NCBI GenBank assembly: GCA_963666975.2
Contig: CAXVYR010000003.1
Coordinates: 256,001-320,000 of the forward strand
Length of the DNA stretch: 64,000 nucleotides
Direction of reading: 5' to 3'
Source: Terriglobia bacterium
GTDB lineage: Bacteria > Acidobacteriota > Terriglobia > 2-12-FULL-54-10
In this document: positions 21,900 through 31,277 of the stretch, in pieces
Layout: each line of letters begins with the position of its first letter
Position numbering within the stretch: position 1 is the first letter of the stretch
Translations under genes and position numbers: made by a program
The notes under the pieces: generated by a model
The model's database searches: none
What the model saw: only the letters and a program-made list of their open reading frames with translations
Told to the model about the DNA's origin: nothing

Positions 21900-24800
21900 T
21901 TAGAACGAGAATCGCAACGCAAACTGAATCTGCCGGGCAGTACCGATGATCCTATTAATGCTTCCCGCACGGGAATTTCGTCGGCGGGACGCACCCGAGA
22001 AGACAGTAAGGGCGCCTCCGGTACTACCATTGAAATTGGGATGGTTCGGCAGGTTGAAGAATTCCGCCCGAAATTGGAGCCGCCTCTTGGCATCCAGAAG
22101 AAATTCCCTCTGAAGAGAGACATCCATATTTAACACGCTCGGGGCAATGAGGGTGTTGCGCCCGGCATTCCCGAGGGTGCCTAGTGGGGGCACGCTATAC
22201 ACGCAGGGGTCAAAATACAGTTCTGGCCCCCCCAGCTTTTGACCGGCTTCTACCCCCTCACAGCCAGCAGTAACGCCTACGGTTGGGTTATTGTTCTGGC
22301 CAGGAACCAAGTTGGGCCGAGTGGCTGCAAACAGGTAACCCGTGGTACGAACATTGACTTCCGGGGTGGAAGGGGTCCCGGTACGAAACCGGAAAATGCC
22401 TCCCAGCCGCCAGCCTCCAAACACGTGCGCAAGCAAGCCGGAGTCCCACCAGCGCTGGCCGCTCCCCAAGGGGAGAGCGTAGAAGTAGTTGATCGTCAGA
22501 CGATGGCGGATATCAAAATCCGAAAGGCCCCGGTCGAGAGTCCGAAGCAACCCGTACTGGGGGGAATCACCAGAGTGAGAGGAGACGTCATCCACAGACT
22601 TGCTGAAAGTATAGCTGGCTCGCAAAGAAAATCCTCGGCCAAGGCTCTTGTTCGCGGAAAGCTGCAAAGAGTTATAAAAGGATTGCGCATCACTACTCAG
22701 GATGTTAATCCCTCCTTGGAAAGCAGGATTAACGGGGCCCGCAGCGGGACTTGGCACTGGGAGGCAAGTAGGGTTCACATCTGAATCCTTGACCTTGGCC
22801 TCATCGGGGGGGAAACAGAGAGACCCATCCGCCCTCGTGATGGGAACCGGGAACAAGTTGGCTTCATAACTGCGAAACAGATGGTTGCCCCTGGCTCCCA
22901 CATAGGATGCCTGGGCACGCCAGCCTCCGGGAAGCTGCTGTTGGACGGAGAAGTTGTAGCGCAGCACCATCGGGCTCGTCGTGTTCTGGTAATCCAGGAC
23001 TTGAGCCTGGAGAGGAACTCCGGCTTCGGCTCCTGTGGCGGCGGCCACCGCGTGTGGAAATGGCGTGGGGGGATCGTCGGAATCGGGGCAGACTGGCGCT
23101 GAACAAAAGTTGGTTCTCACTGCTATATTGAAAAAAGGAGCTGTATTTTTTCTCTGGTCCACCACGTATTCCAGCAACTGATCGTAGTAAATGCCGAAGC
23201 CTGCCCGCAGCACCGTATTGCTGCTGCTGCCGGGGGACCAACTAATGCCCAGGCGTGGAGAAAAATTGCGCAACGAGGGATTGTTCTTTAGAAAAGGCCC
23301 GATTTGCACCTCGGAGTCCCGCACCGGGTCAGGGAGGAAAACGGTTTTGCCGTCCCTGTCGTGGATGAGCGTGGCAAATCCATAGCGGAGGCCCAGGTTG
23401 AGTTGGAGACGGGAACTGACTGTATAGCCATCCTGGAGATAGAAATTCGCGAGGGTCTGGCGGAAAGCTTTTCTGTTATCCGAGCCCGGCAGAGCAACCT
23501 CCAGTGTGGTTCCCTCCGGCCCTCCCTGCAGAAAGCTATCCAGGCTGTTGAAAGACCAATGAGCTCCTTTCCGCGAACTGGAGAACACATCCCAGCGATA
23601 GCGATGAACCTCAAATCCCAACTTCAGCGCGTGAGCTCCCCGTTGAACTACCACGTCATCGGCAAATTGAAAAGTATTCATAATATTGACTTCCGGTGTG
23701 GTCCTATTAGGGCCGAATGGAGCTAAACCCGGAATTTGGATCTGCCCAAACTGGGGAGCGTCAGGAACGAAGAACAACTGAGGAGGAATCTCAATAGACG
23801 AAAGAGTCTCTCTGGCTGCCACCGGCCGGGTGTACCCAATACGGAACGAATTCAAAACGCTGGGGCTAAAAATATGGCTTTCCACCAAGGTGAAATACTG
23901 CTGGCGACTATTGTTCAGCGTCCTGAAGAGAAAAGTGGCCTGTGGGGAATGGCTGGTGGCGTCGTCAAAGGTGTAGCGAGTGAAGAGGCTGTCCCGTTCG
24001 GAAATCTGGTGGTCCAGACGAATGGTGAAGAAATTTTCATCAGTGGGCAGGAACAGGGGAGCGGCGTTTCGGCGGAGTCCTCCTCCAAACGGGACCGAGT
24101 CGGGTAAAGGAGGATAAAGCGCCAGGTACGGTTGCACGCTCGGGCTCACGGGAACAGTCCGGATCACTTCTCCGGCAGCGTCCGTGATAATCCCCTGCCG
24201 CGTCAGCTCGTCTGGAAAGAAGTCGACCTTAGTCTCAGTCAGCCGGTCGCGCATCGCCTCAAAGCTGCCCATAAAAAAGGTTCTATCTTTCAGGACCGGA
24301 CCCGTGAGCGTAAAGCCAAACTGGTTGCGTTTGAAGGGTGGTGGCTCGGCGCCGTCAAATGATTTACGCGCATCCAGCTTGCTGTTGCGAAAGAACTCAA
24401 AGAAGCTGCCATGGAACTCCGAAGTCCCGGAGCGAGTGATGGAGTTCAACACACCGCCGCTGCCCCGGCCATATTCGGCCCCACCGTTGGTTATGACCTG
24501 AACCTGCAATACCGCATCCGAACCCAGTTGCACGCCTGCTGCGCTCCGCGGGACCCGATTTGCGGTATTCATGATATTGGTCCCATCCAGCAAAAAATTG
24601 TTGGAGGTAGACCGCCCTCCTGCTACGGTTAGATTCCCGCTGCCGCCTCCGCGTGATGCTGAACCACCCGAAGGATCGCTGACACCGGCCTGCAGCGTGG
24701 CCAGTTGGCTATAGCTGCGGCCATTGAGAGGGAGCCCCGCCAGCTGGCTCTCACTAATTTGGCCTGCATTAGTGGCGGAGGACTCTCCGTCTGTACCCTC

Positions 24801-25205
24801 ACCCGGGCCCTCGGCAGTTCGTTCCTGATCTCCAGAACCTCGTTCCAACACCAAATCCAAAGTCACCAACTGCTCCGCGCCCAGTTGCAACCCTTCCTGC
24901 AACCGGCTGACAAAGCCAGCCTGGGAAGCCTGGACTTCGTATGTACCGGGAACCAATCGTTGGATTTCAAACTGTCCTTCTGCGTCGCTGCTGACGGTAC
25001 GGCTCAATCCCGTCTCCAGATTCTTCGCCATCACCGCCGTCCCCGCGAGGGGCGCTCCTGACTGATCCTGCACCGTACCCCGCAGCGTCGCCATGCTCCC
25101 CTGTGCCAGCGCCCCTGTCCTTGCCCAGAAAAGCAGCGTGATCAGGAGCGCTGCCGAAAGAGCCAAACCTTGCATTACTGATTTGTATGCGTGCATGTTT
25201 CTCAT
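21900..25205 (-). CDS. TonB-dependent receptor with N-terminal carboxypeptidase-regulatory-like domain
   Basis: Signal peptide, GTV.DQSGA…G.YEV, LPLNGRSY.QL, AEYGRGSGG, RNQFG, C-terminal RQIQFALRFSF; RBS before 25205. Confidence 0.9.
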   Translation of the reverse strand: MRNMHAYKSVMQGLALSAALLITLLFWARTGALAQGSMATLRGTVQDQSGAPLAGTAVMAKNLETGLSRTVSSDAEGQFEIQRLVPGTYEVQASQAGFVSRLQEGLQLGAEQLVTLDLVLERGSGDQERTAEGPGEGTDGESSATNAGQISESQLAGLPLNGRSYSQLATLQAGVSDPSGGSASRGGGSGNLTVAGGRSTSNNFLLDGTNIMNTANRVPRSAAGVQLGSDAVLQVQVITNGGAEYGRGSGGVLNSITRSGTSEFHGSFFEFFRNSKLDARKSFDGAEPPPFKRNQFGFTLTGPVLKDRTFFMGSFEAMRDRLTETKVDFFPDELTRQGIITDAAGEVIRTVPVSPSVQPYLALYPPLPDSVPFGGGLRRNAAPLFLPTDENFFTIRLDHQISERDSLFTRYTFDDATSHSPQATFLFRTLNNSRQQYFTLVESHIFSPSVLNSFRIGYTRPVAARETLSSIEIPPQLFFVPDAPQFGQIQIPGLAPFGPNRTTPEVNIMNTFQFADDVVVQRGAHALKLGFEVHRYRWDVFSSSRKGAHWSFNSLDSFLQGGPEGTTLEVALPGSDNRKAFRQTLANFYLQDGYTVSSRLQLNLGLRYGFATLIHDRDGKTVFLPDPVRDSEVQIGPFLKNNPSLRNFSPRLGISWSPGSSSNTVLRAGFGIYYDQLLEYVVDQRKNTAPFFNIAVRTNFCSAPVCPDSDDPPTPFPHAVAAATGAEAGVPLQAQVLDYQNTTSPMVLRYNFSVQQQLPGGWRAQASYVGARGNHLFRSYEANLFPVPITRADGSLCFPPDEAKVKDSDVNPTCLPVPSPAAGPVNPAFQGGINILSSDAQSFYNSLQLSANKSLGRGFSLRASYTFSKSVDDVSSHSGDSPQYGLLRTLDRGLSDFDIRHRLTINYFYALPLGSGQRWWDSGLLAHVFGGWRLGGIFRFRTGTPSTPEVNVRTTGYLFAATRPNLVPGQNNNPTVGVTAGCEGVEAGQKLGGPELYFDPCVYSVPPLGTLGNAGRNTLIAPSVLNMDVSLQREFLLDAKRRLQFRAEFFNLPNHPNFNGSTGGALTVFSGASRRRNSRAGSINRIIGTARQIQFALRFSF

Positions 25206-25250
25206 TTCCTCGATAAGGCGGACCTCAACCGGAATTAGTTTTTTGACCCG

Positions 25251-25470
25251 CCGACGGTTGCGAGTATACATCCAATCGCCTCCAACTGCGCCATTCCAGC
25301 GCAGGTTTGCTCTCCGGGGGCTCAGAGTGGTTCGCTCCAGGTCCTATAAAACCATCCCCTCGGCTGATTTCCACTATTTCCCACGGCCAAACTCACCGAC
25401 CGCGCAGCTCCCGGATGCGGGAACTTCCTTCACTGGGTCATGTGGTTGTAGTGACTGTAGTGGGTATATA
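25251..25470 (-). repeat. Leader module B (TATACT-containing) plus partial CACTACA repeat, copy 1
   Basis: Diverged direct repeat of 27218-27431; includes a long identical core TTCCAGCGCAGGTTTGCTCTCCGGGGGCTCAGAGTGGTTCGCTCCAGGTCCTA. Confidence 0.85.
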
Positions 25471-25546
25471 GACGCATTCATTTCTTACTTGAGATATTGG
25501 CGGGAAACTTTTGTGTGGACTACCTACCGCTAAGCTACGAGACCGA

Positions 25547-26155
25547 TTACTCTACGGATCGTCTCCTCCGCAGCCACCAGCGGATAATGCGGGTGGTCCC
25601 ATAAAGCATGGAAGCTATCGCCCATAAAACAACAGTGATTACCGATGCTCCTGCCAAAAGTCCCGGGCCGAAGTAAGCCTGGTGGTGAGTGGGGACAATG
25701 CCGTTTTCGGTCGCCACGTACCAGCCCCGGATCACCCGGTCATCATTCACGGAGGTTTCCACTCGCAAGGACTGGCTTCCAACGGAGCGGCTTTCCACCT
25801 GGAAGCTTTCCCTTGCTCTCCAGGGGGCGGGTGCTCCCTTCCTGCGCCGGAGTAGTTGATTCAGAGCCTCGTCTTCTCCGGCTGGAACGAGATAACTGGA
25901 TTCCCGATGGCTCTCCAGGAAATCGTCTATATTTGCCTGATAGACGATGTGGGCGTCATACCTTTGTTCTCCCTCCACGGGAGTGGCAACTGGAGTAATA
26001 ACCAGAATGGGGAAACCCAGGGGAATCTCTGCCCCCACCTCTTGCTTCATCCTTAGTTCCAGGGACTTGAAAACAACAGAACAGCTTACCGGAAATAGAA
26101 CGAGCAGAGCCGTAGTCCACAGAAGAAAACGAATGGATTTTCTTAAATTGCTCAT
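25547..26155 (-). CDS. Hypothetical membrane protein (two TM segments)
   Basis: ORF with N- and C-terminal hydrophobic helices; start MSNLRK chosen. Confidence 0.6.
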   Translation of the reverse strand: MSNLRKSIRFLLWTTALLVLFPVSCSVVFKSLELRMKQEVGAEIPLGFPILVITPVATPVEGEQRYDAHIVYQANIDDFLESHRESSYLVPAGEDEALNQLLRRRKGAPAPWRARESFQVESRSVGSQSLRVETSVNDDRVIRGWYVATENGIVPTHHQAYFGPGLLAGASVITVVLWAIASMLYGTTRIIRWWLRRRRSVE

Positions 26156-26486
26156 TGCCGGTTCCCTATTTCTGTGCGTTCTTGCCTGCCCCGAGAAATC
26201 ATCTCCGCGATCTTTCAGGTGGCTGGTAGCCAAACGCGGAGCACGTTATCCGGTAACGAAATTTCTGTCCTGACTGAGATGGAAAGATTCTTGCCCCTGT
26301 TTCTGCCTATCGCCCCCCAATTTAATCCGCTTTGCCAAGGATCACGGAGGAATCCGCAAACGAATGAGATACATCGTTTCCGGAGGAAATTGCTGAACAA
26401 TCCGGGCTTGGATATCTGTGCGCCGAAACAATTGTGGTGGCGTCAAAAATCGAGGAGGCGACATGAAGTAAAACGGAATTAATTTA

Positions 26487-27201
26487 GGGGCTGTCCTAGC
26501 TAAGGGTGATTCTGTCTGATTTGATCCATGTCTTCAATTGGTTAAGCAGTGTCCGGTGGTTACCGCCATTGAAGCGCCAGCACTCCTTCAGGAAGAGGTG
26601 AAAACTCTGTTTGGGCACCCCGTTGAAGCGCCGAAGATGCCGCTTTGCCTGGTTCCAGAAGTTCTCGATCCCATTGATGTGGTTCCGTTCGTCGACGAAC
26701 CGTTCCGAGTGGTTGATCCGAACATGGTGGAAGTCCGACACATCCAGAGCATCGTAGCTCGAAAAGCCATCCGTGTAGACGATGCTGTCGGGCTGGATCA
26801 GGCGCTCCATGATCGGCATCAACGTGTCCGTACGGGCATTGGGGATCATCACCGTGTAGACCCTTCCTCCACGCTTCAAAAGCCCGAAAACCGGGACTTT
26901 CCCGCCAGCACCACGACCGCGTTTGCCCTTGCGGCGACCACCGAAGTAACTCTCGTCCACTTCGATTTCGCCGCAAACCGAAGAGGCTTTCTGGGTCTTC
27001 GGCAATCACCGTGCGAATCCGTGTATAGAACGAAGCGGCCGTGTTCCGATGAACCCCGACAAGCTCAGCCGCCGCCCGTGCCGTCGTCCCGGCAACGAAG
27101 TGCTCCACCAACCGATCCCGCTTCGCCTTGCTCAGCCGACTACGCCGTTCGTACATATCGCCATCCTATCCCTAAGCAATCTGCTTAGCTAGGACAGCCC
27201 C
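26487..27201 (-). mobile_element. IS1595-family (IS1016-like) insertion sequence, 715 bp
   Basis: 18-bp perfect TIR GGGGCTGTCCTAGCTAAG; 8-bp TSD TTAATTTA at 26479-26486 and 27202-27209. Confidence 0.93.
26496..27156 (-). pseudogene. IS1016-like transposase, frameshifted near 26990
   Basis: N-terminal HTH part (MYERRSRLS…) and DDE part (EVDESYFGG, VYTD, HINGIENFW) lie in different frames. Confidence 0.85.
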
Positions 27202-27217
27202 TTAATTTATTGGTTCT

Positions 27218-27528
27218 CCGGCGGTTGCGAGTATACACCCCTCAACCTCCAACTTAGCCCCTTCCAGCGCAGGTTTGCTCTCCGGGGGCTCAGAGTGGTT
27301 CGCTCCAGGTCCTAAGAACCCATCCCCCGGTTGTTTGATTTGCTGAGTTCCAACAGTCATCCGCGCAGCTCCGGGATGCGAGGACTTCCTACACTCGATT
27401 ACGTGCTTGTAGTGACTGTAGTGGGTATATATGGGGGTATATGAGGAGGACTCAGGCCAACTCCTCTCCGACTTTTCCCGCATACCCCCTCACAAGTCAC
27501 TACACCCACTACAGGGTCTGCGGAGACG
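27218..27528 (-). repeat. Leader module B copy 2 plus full CACTACA-repeat module A
   Basis: 27218-27431 resembles 25251-25470; 27396-27528 is a near-identical reverse complement of 42707-42840. Confidence 0.88.
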
Positions 27529-27618
27529 AGGCTTTCAAATTGCTGATCACTTGTCCCAGCAGATCCCCATTTGTCAGACGGCCTACCCCACGACGGAAGC
27601 CGAAACTCGGCGCTTCTT

Positions 27619-29472
27619 TTACCACTGGGCGGGATTTCCACCCAATTCCACCTGAGCACCAGTGGGTTGCAGGCCAATTTCACGGGCCAAGGAGGGAACC
27701 AAGTGTTCGATCTTCCCGCCTACCATCGTCATCAATGCGCGAATCTCGCGAATGTCATCTAATGGGACGGTCAGGTAATCCTTATCCATCACGACCAAGT
27801 CTGCCCATTTACCCGGCTCCAGCGAGCCCAGCACTTTCTCTCGCTTCACCGCATAAGCCCCAAACAGAGTCGCGACCTTCAGCATCGATTGCCGGTCTAT
27901 CGCCGTCGAAGGCGCATAGACCGTTCCATTTTGGTCTTTATGCGAGAGGCCACTGTAAAGCACGTCAAAGAAGGTCAAATCGGTGTATTCAATAGGCCGA
28001 TCATTCTCCATATTATTCATCACCCCCGCATCAAACATAGCCTTCCGCGGCACTACCTGCATAACGCCCCGCTCTCCGTAGTCCCGCATAATTTCTCGGG
28101 CACCTCCGTCATAGAACGTTATGTCCCATCCGCTGGCCATCATGCCCAGGTCCTTATACCGCTGAATTTGGTCCGTGCGAGGATACATCGCCATGTGGTT
28201 ACTTATATGGCGCTTTTCTCGAATCTCCTCCGGCGTCAAACCTCCATCCTTGCTGGCCTTCTCAATGATGTCGAGCAGCAAATCAATTTCATGGTCCCCA
28301 ATCATATGATTTCCCGACATTTTACCGCCCGCCTTGACGTATTCGTAGAGAGCTCTGGACACACCTTGCCGTGCATACTGAGGATTTGAGCAGGCCCGTG
28401 CCTTACTTTCTTCCGCCTCAGGAGTGATCGGTGTTAGCTTGGTGCATCCTCCGCCATGCTCAGGGTCCATTCCGTCTAACCAGAAATAATCCGACCCCAT
28501 TCCCTCGAACGCCACCAGTGCCTGAACAAAATAGGGGTCCTCAAAGAAGTCGTTTCGAAATGACCAGAACCAGCTCCAGGCAAACCGCATGGCCAGCTGT
28601 CCTCGCCGGTTCAGCGTGCTGTAAATTCGAATCTGCGCAGGAGTGTACAACGACGTACCGTTCAACGTCTGACCATAACCTGTGTACCACGATAGACCCA
28701 GACGGTAGATCTCTGTCACTGCCTCAAAAGGATACATCACGCCAGATTCACTATACCGATAACCATAAATATTTCTTGTTGCCTCAGGAAGAAACTTTTC
28801 CATTGCCTTGCCGTAGACTCCATCTATCTCATCAATAGCTCTTTGGTTATACAGCGATCCAACAAATCCGAGGCGCACATGCACCGGATTGTTGGGGGCC
28901 GCAAGGTCCAGCATCTGTTTGTTAATCTGTCTCCCAATCAAAGCGGAAATTCCAGTTTGCCACTCAGAGTTGTAGTCTTTTCCATACAGCAGAGAAATCC
29001 GCACCCACTTGCCTGGGGTGTCTTTTGCCTTCAGGACAGCTTCTTCCAACACTTGCGGAAACTGTTCCATTACCTCGTCCGGAGACACATTCAGAAAGCG
29101 CTCGATGTGCATGTCGTCGTTGACCACATGCTGGACAATTTTCGGATTTAATGTGTTCCAATCCTGCGGGTGGTCGTGCGTCACGATAAAGCCAGGAACG
29201 ACGGTCCGGCCATTGAGGTCGATTGATTTTGTATTCGCCCCCGCTAGACGGCGGACATCCGCGTTATTTCCAACCTCGACGAGCTTCCCATCCCGGATCG
29301 CAATCGCCTCAGCGATGGTGCCTAACTCCGAGTTGACCTCATGGTTGTCCACTGTGACGATCTTCCCATTGTAGAGAATGGTATCAGGGCCTTGTTGAGC
29401 CCACAGGAAGTCCTGTCCAGCCCAGCTTACCCACATCATTACCGCCAATCCCCAAACCCATTGCCTTTTCAT
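27619..29472 (-). CDS. Secreted amidohydrolase_3 (YtcJ-like) paralog 1
   Basis: Signal peptide; YNGKIVTVD, PGF..THDHP, H..GD, RH..NH, ENDRP, GSLEPGKWADLVV, TMVGGK. Confidence 0.88.
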   Translation of the reverse strand: MKRQWVWGLAVMMWVSWAGQDFLWAQQGPDTILYNGKIVTVDNHEVNSELGTIAEAIAIRDGKLVEVGNNADVRRLAGANTKSIDLNGRTVVPGFIVTHDHPQDWNTLNPKIVQHVVNDDMHIERFLNVSPDEVMEQFPQVLEEAVLKAKDTPGKWVRISLLYGKDYNSEWQTGISALIGRQINKQMLDLAAPNNPVHVRLGFVGSLYNQRAIDEIDGVYGKAMEKFLPEATRNIYGYRYSESGVMYPFEAVTEIYRLGLSWYTGYGQTLNGTSLYTPAQIRIYSTLNRRGQLAMRFAWSWFWSFRNDFFEDPYFVQALVAFEGMGSDYFWLDGMDPEHGGGCTKLTPITPEAEESKARACSNPQYARQGVSRALYEYVKAGGKMSGNHMIGDHEIDLLLDIIEKASKDGGLTPEEIREKRHISNHMAMYPRTDQIQRYKDLGMMASGWDITFYDGGAREIMRDYGERGVMQVVPRKAMFDAGVMNNMENDRPIEYTDLTFFDVLYSGLSHKDQNGTVYAPSTAIDRQSMLKVATLFGAYAVKREKVLGSLEPGKWADLVVMDKDYLTVPLDDIREIRALMTMVGGKIEHLVPSLAREIGLQPTGAQVELGGNPAQW

Positions 29473-29596
29473 GATTCACCCCCTCGACTATTGTTAGCAG
29501 GTTAATCCAGAAGCTTCGAGTACAAAGTATACGCTCCCTCGTTATCGGTTCCATCTCTTTTCGTCTTTGGATGCAAAGTCCCCGGGGCTGAACCAA

Positions 29597-29624
29597 TTGC
29601 TTCCCCTCTCTACTCGTGTAATTT
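29597..29624 (+). promoter_or_regulatory. Shared promoter copy 2 (TTGCTT-N16-TAATTT)
   Basis: Same motif family; points at the signal-peptide stub at 29682. Confidence 0.5.
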
Positions 29625-29681
29625 TTCCTCAAACGCCGTTCCGGTCCGTTCGTGTTGCGAATCAAAGGGGTGGCATGCCCA

Positions 29682-29765
29682 ATGAATGAAAACGGAGTAG
29701 TGTTTCGGCCGAGGAACTGCATATGGCTCCTCGCGGGGCTGATTCTCTTTTCAGCAGGCCCTGCC
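29682..29765 (+). pseudogene. Signal-peptide stub, probably the 5' end of the TonB receptor at 31278-33517
   Basis: MNENGVVFRPRNCIWLLAGLILFSAGPA ends exactly at the IS left end. Confidence 0.55.
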
Positions 29766-29852
29766 TGTGCCCCGTCAGGGCTTGTTGGACAGGTAGAGGG
29801 TAATAGTTAAGGTGATGTTTTTGGCTCATCGTAGAGACTGAAAGGAACGAAG

Positions 29853-30224
29853 ATGAGACAAAAACAAGACGACAGGGGGGCGGTCGAGAAGGCCGTCCGG
29901 GAGATCAAACGCAGGACGCGGCGCAGGTTCAGCCCGGAAGACAAAATCCGCATTGTATTGCAGGGACTTCGCGGCGAGGACAGCATCGCGGAGCTGTGCC
30001 GCCGCGAGGGGCTGCACCAGAACCAGTATTACCGCTGGAGCAAGGAGTTTCTGGAGGCTGGCCGCAAGCGGCTGGCGGGCGACATAGACCGTGAGGCAAC
30101 CAGTGGCGAAGTCAAGACTCTGCGGGAGCAGGCCGTACAGCTGAAAGAGGCCCTGGCCGAGGCTATGCTGGAAAATCGCCTGCTAAAAAAAAGCGTGATC
30201 GGGGATGGGGAGGAACATACATGA
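29853..30224 (+). CDS. IS3-family transposase OrfA (HTH)
   Basis: RRRFSPEDKIRIV…IAELCRREG…YYRW; ENRLLKK. Confidence 0.88.
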   Translation: MRQKQDDRGAVEKAVREIKRRTRRRFSPEDKIRIVLQGLRGEDSIAELCRREGLHQNQYYRWSKEFLEAGRKRLAGDIDREATSGEVKTLREQAVQLKEALAEAMLENRLLKKSVIGDGEEHT

Positions 30225-31204
30225 GATACCCTGCCTCGGAGAAGCTGGAGATCATCTGCACGGTGGAGCAATCTGCCCTGGGGGTGCGCCGGACGCTGCA
30301 GCAGGTTGGCATTCCCAGATCGACGTTTTACAACTGGTACGACCGCTATGTGTCGGAAGGCTTTGATGGGCTGGAAGACAAAAAACCCGATCCTGGCCCT
30401 GTCTGGAACAAGGTGCCGGAGGAGATAACTCAGCAGTTGGTGACGTTAGCCCTGGCCGAGCCCGATCTGTCGTCACGCGAGCTGGCGGTGCGTTTTACCG
30501 AGGAAAGGCGGTATTACCTTTCTGAATCGACGGTTTACCGCGTCCTGAAAAGCCATGACCTGATTACCGCGCCAGCCTTTATTGTCCTGAAAGCGGCGGA
30601 ACGGTTCGCCAACCCGACCACGGCGGTCAACCAGCTCTGGCAGACCGACTTCACCTACCTGAAAGTCATCGGTTGGGGCTGGTTCTACCTGTCCACGGTG
30701 CTGGACGACTTCTCGCGCTATATCATCGCCTGGCGGCTGTGCAAAACCATGAGCGCAAGTGACGTCTCGGCCACGTTGCGGGATGCTTTGCAAGCCACCG
30801 GCCTCGACCGCGTGGGCGCCCGGCACAGACCTCGCCTCCTGAGCGACAACGGGCCGTGCTACGTCTCTTCCGAACTGCAATCATGGCTGGCAGAAAACAG
30901 CGTGCCGCATACTCGCGGCAAGCCCTATCACCCCATGACGCAGGGCAAGATCGAACGCTGGCACCGAACTCTGAAAGACCGCATCCTGCTCAACAACTAT
31001 TACCTGCCAGAAGAGCTGGAGCGGCAGATCGATGCCTTCGTCAACCACTACAACACCAACCGATACCATGAAAGCCTGAACAACCTGACACCGTATGACG
31101 TTTTTACAGGCCAAGGCAGTGCCATCCTGCAAAAACGGGATCGCATCAAAGAGAAAACTATGATCTTAAGAAAACGGTTGCACTTCAAAAGAAGGGCAGC
31201 CTAA
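30221..31204 (+). CDS. IS3-family transposase OrfB (rve DDE)
   Basis: WQTDFTY, LDDFSR, SDNGPCY, GKIERWH. Confidence 0.9.
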   Translation: MRYPASEKLEIICTVEQSALGVRRTLQQVGIPRSTFYNWYDRYVSEGFDGLEDKKPDPGPVWNKVPEEITQQLVTLALAEPDLSSRELAVRFTEERRYYLSESTVYRVLKSHDLITAPAFIVLKAAERFANPTTAVNQLWQTDFTYLKVIGWGWFYLSTVLDDFSRYIIAWRLCKTMSASDVSATLRDALQATGLDRVGARHRPRLLSDNGPCYVSSELQSWLAENSVPHTRGKPYHPMTQGKIERWHRTLKDRILLNNYYLPEELERQIDAFVNHYNTNRYHESLNNLTPYDVFTGQGSAILQKRDRIKEKTMILRKRLHFKRRAA

Positions 31205-31277
31205 CATCAACCCAGAGGAGCCTGAACGCCACCTTATCTTTTTATGCTCTGTGTCCAACATTATCTGACGACGTACA

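Larger units (their letters stand above)
29766..31277 (+). mobile_element. IS3-family element copy 1 (1512 bp, no TSD)
   Basis: Imperfect 26-bp TIRs TGTGCCCCGTCAGGGCTTGTTGGACA / TGTACGTCGTCAGATAATGTTGGACA; orfA+orfB; A8G slippery run near 30185. Confidence 0.92.
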
